Below, in pieces: positions 60,340 through 64,000 of a stretch of DNA of 64,000 bases (the first letter of the stretch is position 1; each line of letters starts with the position of its first letter). The stretch lies in the NCBI GenBank assembly GCA_965279115.1, contig OZ257137.1, forward strand, positions 1,941,217 through 2,005,216, given 5' to 3'. A program made the position numbers and the translations under genes. The notes below the pieces were generated by a model, which did not search any database, had not been told where the DNA came from, and saw only the letters and a list, made by a program, of their open reading frames with translations. The DNA is from Burkholderiales bacterium (GTDB lineage Bacteria; Pseudomonadota; Gammaproteobacteria; Burkholderiales; JAEUOS01).

Positions 60340-60984
60340 TCACACCTCGGCGATGCACGGGCCGATACGCCCCGCGCCGCGGGTCTCGACGGTCAATTCG
60401 CCGCCTTTGTTGTAAAGCATCACCTCGCCGTCGCGGTAGATCGCGCCGCCATCGCCCGCCTCGCGGCGCAACTGCCGGAAGCGCCCGTCCACACGCAGGT
60501 ACGCGGCCTCCGGCTCGAACACCACCTCGCGCGGCGCGGCGCCCGGACACGCGAATCGCAGCATGCGCGAGCGCGGATCCCGCGTGAAAAGCAAGTCGCT
60601 GGCATCGGCATGCAGGCGCAACAGGCCGCCATCGAAGCTGCCGTTCTTGACCTGCGAAAGCAGCCGCGCAAAGCGCGCATCCATCGAACCGGGATCGCAC
60701 AGGCGCCGGGTCAGGCTGATCGGGCCGGGAGCCAGCCCGGGCCCGTTCAGCCGTCCCAGGCCGCCATTGCAGTCCGCATTGACCAGCACGCCTCCCTGGC
60801 TCGCGAACTCCACCCAGTAGCGCGACGGGTCCGGCACCGCCGTGGCGGCGGCGTCGAACAGCACGCCGACCCAGTGCCACCGCGCGCCGGTGACATCCTC
60901 ATGGCGCACCGTGCCCGGCGCATCCATCCCGGCGCAGCCGGCGAGAAGCAGTACCGGCAGCCAGTCCCGAATGCGCCGCAGCAT
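60340..60984 (-). CDS. Lipoprotein with META (HslJ-like) domain and MliC-like C-terminal domain
   Basis: Lipobox LLAGC; ADCN..G...GP..LTR..C (META); C-terminal F.C...L.....G..Y....L..KG.E...C (MliC-like). Confidence 0.65.
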   Translation of the reverse strand: MLRRIRDWLPVLLLAGCAGMDAPGTVRHEDVTGARWHWVGVLFDAAATAVPDPSRYWVEFASQGGVLVNADCNGGLGRLNGPGLAPGPISLTRRLCDPGSMDARFARLLSQVKNGSFDGGLLRLHADASDLLFTRDPRSRMLRFACPGAAPREVVFEPEAAYLRVDGRFRQLRREAGDGGAIYRDGEVMLYNKGGELTVETRGAGRIGPCIAEV

Positions 60985-60991
60985 CGCGCGC

Positions 60992-61693
60992 TCAGGCCCT
61001 GGCTTCGGTGTCGTCCGGCGCCACCGTCTCGCTGCCGAGACGGGCATGCTTGGCGGCGTGGATATGGCAACTGATCACGTTGCGCGCCCAGGCCGCATCG
61101 GCGGCACGGAACGCATCGATCAGTTCGCGATGGTGCGCGAAGCTGCGCGCCATTTGCGCGCTCGAATAGCGGCGAAAGGTCTGTTGCACGATCGGCATTT
61201 CGATGGCGTTCGCAAGCATGGCGACGAAACGCGGCTTGGCGCTGGCGGCGGCGACAACGCGGTGGAACTCGCGATTGTGGCCAGCGATGCGCTCGAGATT
61301 TTCGGCCGAAAGGTCCAGGCCGCGTGATTCCAGTTCGTCCTGCAATGCCACAAGCTCCGCGATCTGGTCCGCGCCGATGTTGGTGGCGGCCAGCGCCGTG
61401 ATCTCGGACTCCAGCATCACGCGCAGGTCGAACAGCTGGGCGATCTCGTCACGGCTCCAGGCGCCCACGAAAATGCCGTAATTCGGCTTCAACACCAGCG
61501 CGCCGTCGGCGGCCAGCTGGCGCACCGCCTCGCGCACCGGGGTGCGCGATACGCCCAGCTCGCGGGCCAGTTGTTCCTCGGTCAGGCGGCTGCCGGGCGC
61601 ATAGGCGCCGGAGATCACGCGCTCGCGGATGTACTGGTAAGCCTGGCGGGCCACGCTGCCGGCGTCGGCAGCCGGGTTCAACCGGGAGTCCAT
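60992..61693 (-). CDS. GntR family (FadR/FCD) regulator
   Basis: PG.RL.E..LA.ELGVSRTPVREA HTH; FCD with NREFH, HH..L, H. Confidence 0.92.
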   Translation of the reverse strand: MDSRLNPAADAGSVARQAYQYIRERVISGAYAPGSRLTEEQLARELGVSRTPVREAVRQLAADGALVLKPNYGIFVGAWSRDEIAQLFDLRVMLESEITALAATNIGADQIAELVALQDELESRGLDLSAENLERIAGHNREFHRVVAAASAKPRFVAMLANAIEMPIVQQTFRRYSSAQMARSFAHHRELIDAFRAADAAWARNVISCHIHAAKHARLGSETVAPDDTEARA

Positions 61694-61702
61694 GTGCGGC
61701 GG

Positions 61703-62446
61703 TCAGTACTTTTCAAGCAATGGCCCGAAGCCGGCGACCCGGTCGGTGATGCCGGATTCGCGCAAGGCGTGCCAATAGATGGCTGTGTTGATCGCCAGCA
61801 CCGGGCGCGGCATCCACAGGTGGGCGCTGCCGGCCAGGCGCGCCATGGCCAGGTTGGTTCCGACCTGGATGACGGCGTCGACATCATCGCCGTCGAGTTC
61901 GCGCACCGCGTCGCGCAGCCGCTCCTCGCTCACATGGGCGATGGCCACAGGGCTTTCGCACTTGAGGCCGTGCACGCGCTTGACGTCGTAGCCGCACTCC
62001 TGGAAAAAGCGCCGCACATTGGCATCACCCACCGGCTGGTAGGGCGTGAGCACCGCGATGCGTTTCACGTTCCAGTTGGCGAGCGCGGCCGTGCAGGCCT
62101 CCGAACCCATCGATACGGGCAGGCCGGTGCGCTCGATCAGGTGGGCCTTGAGCTTGCGGCTGGCTTCCAGTCCGTTCCAGAAGGTTTCAGCGGAAATGCC
62201 CAGCACCAGCCGGTCCGGCTCGCAGGACATGGCCGAGTCCACTGCCTCGTCCTGCGCCGCGTCGATGAGCTCGATCAGGCGGTTGAAATCTGCGTCGTTG
62301 TTGAGCGGGATGTTGGGGATGACGATGCGGCTGATATGGTTGGTCACGCCGACCGGCCGCATGGCGTCGAACTCGGGCTGCACCGAGGTATTGGTCGATG
62401 GAATCAGGACGGCGAACTTTTTCCGAAATCCGAGGGAATCTGTCAT
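61703..62446 (-). CDS. Asp/Glu racemase-fold protein (maleate isomerase/arylmalonate decarboxylase-like)
   Basis: LIPSTNT.V, RIAVLTPY, DAV.Q.GTNL, PV.AIN...W.ALR; GGGAGG RBS. Confidence 0.85.
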   Translation of the reverse strand: MTDSLGFRKKFAVLIPSTNTSVQPEFDAMRPVGVTNHISRIVIPNIPLNNDADFNRLIELIDAAQDEAVDSAMSCEPDRLVLGISAETFWNGLEASRKLKAHLIERTGLPVSMGSEACTAALANWNVKRIAVLTPYQPVGDANVRRFFQECGYDVKRVHGLKCESPVAIAHVSEERLRDAVRELDGDDVDAVIQVGTNLAMARLAGSAHLWMPRPVLAINTAIYWHALRESGITDRVAGFGPLLEKY

Positions 62447-62491
62447 CTGTACCTCCCGAAAGAGACTGGAAACGCATTTTGGCGCCCGATG

Positions 62492-62577
62492 ATTGTACAC
62501 AGCCAACCCCTCGACAAACGTCCTCGCAATCAGTTCCAGTCACAAGTCTCGAAATGGCACGCACCCGTGTATACAAT
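62492..62577. promoter_or_regulatory. Two candidate GntR/FadR-type operators
   Basis: ATTGTACACA (62492-62501) and GTGTATACAAT (62567-62577, palindromic core TGTATACA) in the divergent intergenic region. Confidence 0.55.
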
Positions 62578-62622
62578 GCATGACGTACAAGGAAGCCCAG
62601 CCGCCGTCGTGGAGACCGCATC

Positions 62623-63411
62623 ATGTCCGCTACCTGGATCGAAACCAAGCAACAAGACCTGAGCACCACGTCACTCACGGCGCTGCTCGACAACCGCCTG
62701 GCGGCCGTCCGCATCCGCGCATTCGCCACGCCGGCGGAGTGTGCGGCATTCGCCCGCGCCGCACGCGCGGGCAACCTCAAGTACTACAGCGTGGCCACGC
62801 GCATCGGCTATATCGGCCTGGCCCAATATGAATATCGCTGGAACCGGCCTCTGTCGGACTACTTTCAGGACGTGCCGGCGGCGGCGGCCGACCTGCGCCA
62901 GGTGGTGGAGGCGGCCGGCCTCGACCCGGTCGCGCGGCTGATCGAGCGCCTGCAGTCGGTGTGGGACGCGCCCGTCGGCCTGGGCCACGAGGCCGGGCAG
63001 GGCGACTACTACGCCGGCATCGTGCGCATCGCCTCCCAGGGCGTGGCGCTGCATGCCGACTACGCGCCACTCAATTCGCCCGCGTATTCGATCGCACGCA
63101 TCGACGGCCAGCTGGGCTGGAATTTCTTCGCCGAGGACTTGAGCCAGGGCGGCGAAACCACCGTGCACAACGCCCCGTGGTCACCGGCAGTGACGCCTGG
63201 CGAGATCCCGAAAAGCTACGACCTGCCACGCGAAGTGATCGCCGGCGCGAATGCGTTCACCTATGCGCCCACCGCCGGTGACGTGGTGTTGTTCAACTCA
63301 CGCAATCCGCACGAGATCGCAGGCGGTCCTCCCGAGCCGGGACGCGACCGCATATCGATAGGCTCGTTCGTCGGGCGCATGCCCGACCGCTCGCTGGTGC
63401 TCTGGTCCTAG
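62623..63411 (+). CDS. 2OG-Fe(II) oxygenase (amino-acid hydroxylase-like)
   Basis: GIVR...LHAD (HxD), GGET, GD.V.FNSRNPHEI (distal His), R.SIGSF (RxS). Confidence 0.75.
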   Translation: MSATWIETKQQDLSTTSLTALLDNRLAAVRIRAFATPAECAAFARAARAGNLKYYSVATRIGYIGLAQYEYRWNRPLSDYFQDVPAAAADLRQVVEAAGLDPVARLIERLQSVWDAPVGLGHEAGQGDYYAGIVRIASQGVALHADYAPLNSPAYSIARIDGQLGWNFFAEDLSQGGETTVHNAPWSPAVTPGEIPKSYDLPREVIAGANAFTYAPTAGDVVLFNSRNPHEIAGGPPEPGRDRISIGSFVGRMPDRSLVLWS

Positions 63412-64000
63412 ATGCCGCTTTGCACCGGCGGTGCGTCCCAGGCCGGCTCGCCGGCCAGCCATTTGGCTCCACGGGCATAGAGGGCCTGCACCACCTCGCC
63501 CTTCAAGCCCGGCATGTCGGGCTTGATCTTGAATCCGATGCGGCTTTGCAGGTAGGCCAGGTGACGGTAGCCTTCCGGGAATGAAGCCAGCAAGGTTGCG
63601 TCGAGCTTGAGGCTGACCGAAGGATCGAGCACGTCCATGCGGTCCTTTTCGTAGATCGGCTGGCGCCGCACGATGGCCCACTTGCCGGCGCGCTTCTCGA
63701 AGAAGTCGTAGAAGCGCCCGGTACACACCACGTCCACCCACACGCCTTCGACCTGGGCGCGCTGGTTGATGGTCATCTTGGTCTGCGCGACGGCGCGGTC
63801 GCCCTTGAGGTCGACCGAGGTTCCGCCAAGGAAGTGCAGGATCGACACGCCCTTGTCGAAGCCTTCCTTCGACACCTTGATGAACGCCGGCGCGGGCCCC
63901 TGGAACCAGGTCGCGCTCATCCAGCCGTCGTCATGCCAGACGGTGCGAAAGCGCTCCCAGTCGCCGGCGTCGCGCCAGACAGCCCAGTTCTGCACGGTTT
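63408..64000 (-). CDS. SnoaL/NTF2-like protein (5' end outside window)
   Basis: NW..WRD.GDW, HFLGG, RFYDF.E.R.G.W, R.PIYEKD. Frame open to the right edge. Confidence 0.82.
   Translation of the reverse strand, partial: TVQNWAVWRDAGDWERFRTVWHDDGWMSATWFQGPAPAFIKVSKEGFDKGVSILHFLGGTSVDLKGDRAVAQTKMTINQRAQVEGVWVDVVCTGRFYDFFEKRAGKWAIVRRQPIYEKDRMDVLDPSVSLKLDATLLASFPEGYRHLAYLQSRIGFKIKPDMPGLKGEVVQALYARGAKWLAGEPAWDAPPVQSGI

Noticed and set aside
62623-63411. WelO5/SyrB2-type halogenase
   Set aside because: The iron motif is HxD (HAD); halogenases have HxA/HxG.

Overview
High-GC bacterial chromosomal segment, most likely from a betaproteobacterium (Burkholderiales/Rhodocyclales-like). This is inferred from the ATP synthase c-subunit sequence, seven stand-alone Bug/TctC binding proteins, an IcmF gene and a LiuR-type operator. 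About 55 genes are supported, mostly catabolic enzymes (Rieske, P450, TauD and 2OG oxygenases, acyl-CoA dehydrogenases, CoA transferases and ligase, hydrolases, GSTs), solute-binding proteins and three sensor kinases. I see no rRNA, tRNA, CRISPR array, transposase or integrase. Best leads: (1) an orphan atpE with Asn two residues after the proton-binding Asp; (2) a visibly lower-GC patch (~15.6-19.8 kb) with three transporter-less ABC_sub_bind paralogues, a 17-codon relic of a fourth and a vapBC pair; (3) a catabolic cluster (52.8-64 kb) resembling the accessory genes of the iad auxin-degradation locus, with 2OG-Fe(II) oxygenases, no Rieske pair in view, and a racemase-fold protein lacking both catalytic cysteines; (4) two broken genes, one with an in-frame TAG and one a kinase with a deletion/frameshift at a perfect 14-bp palindrome; (5) a P450 plus His-type ferredoxin module with no ferredoxin reductase, next to an atypical PanB-like gene. 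All family calls come from motif recognition by eye. No database searches or GC computations were run.
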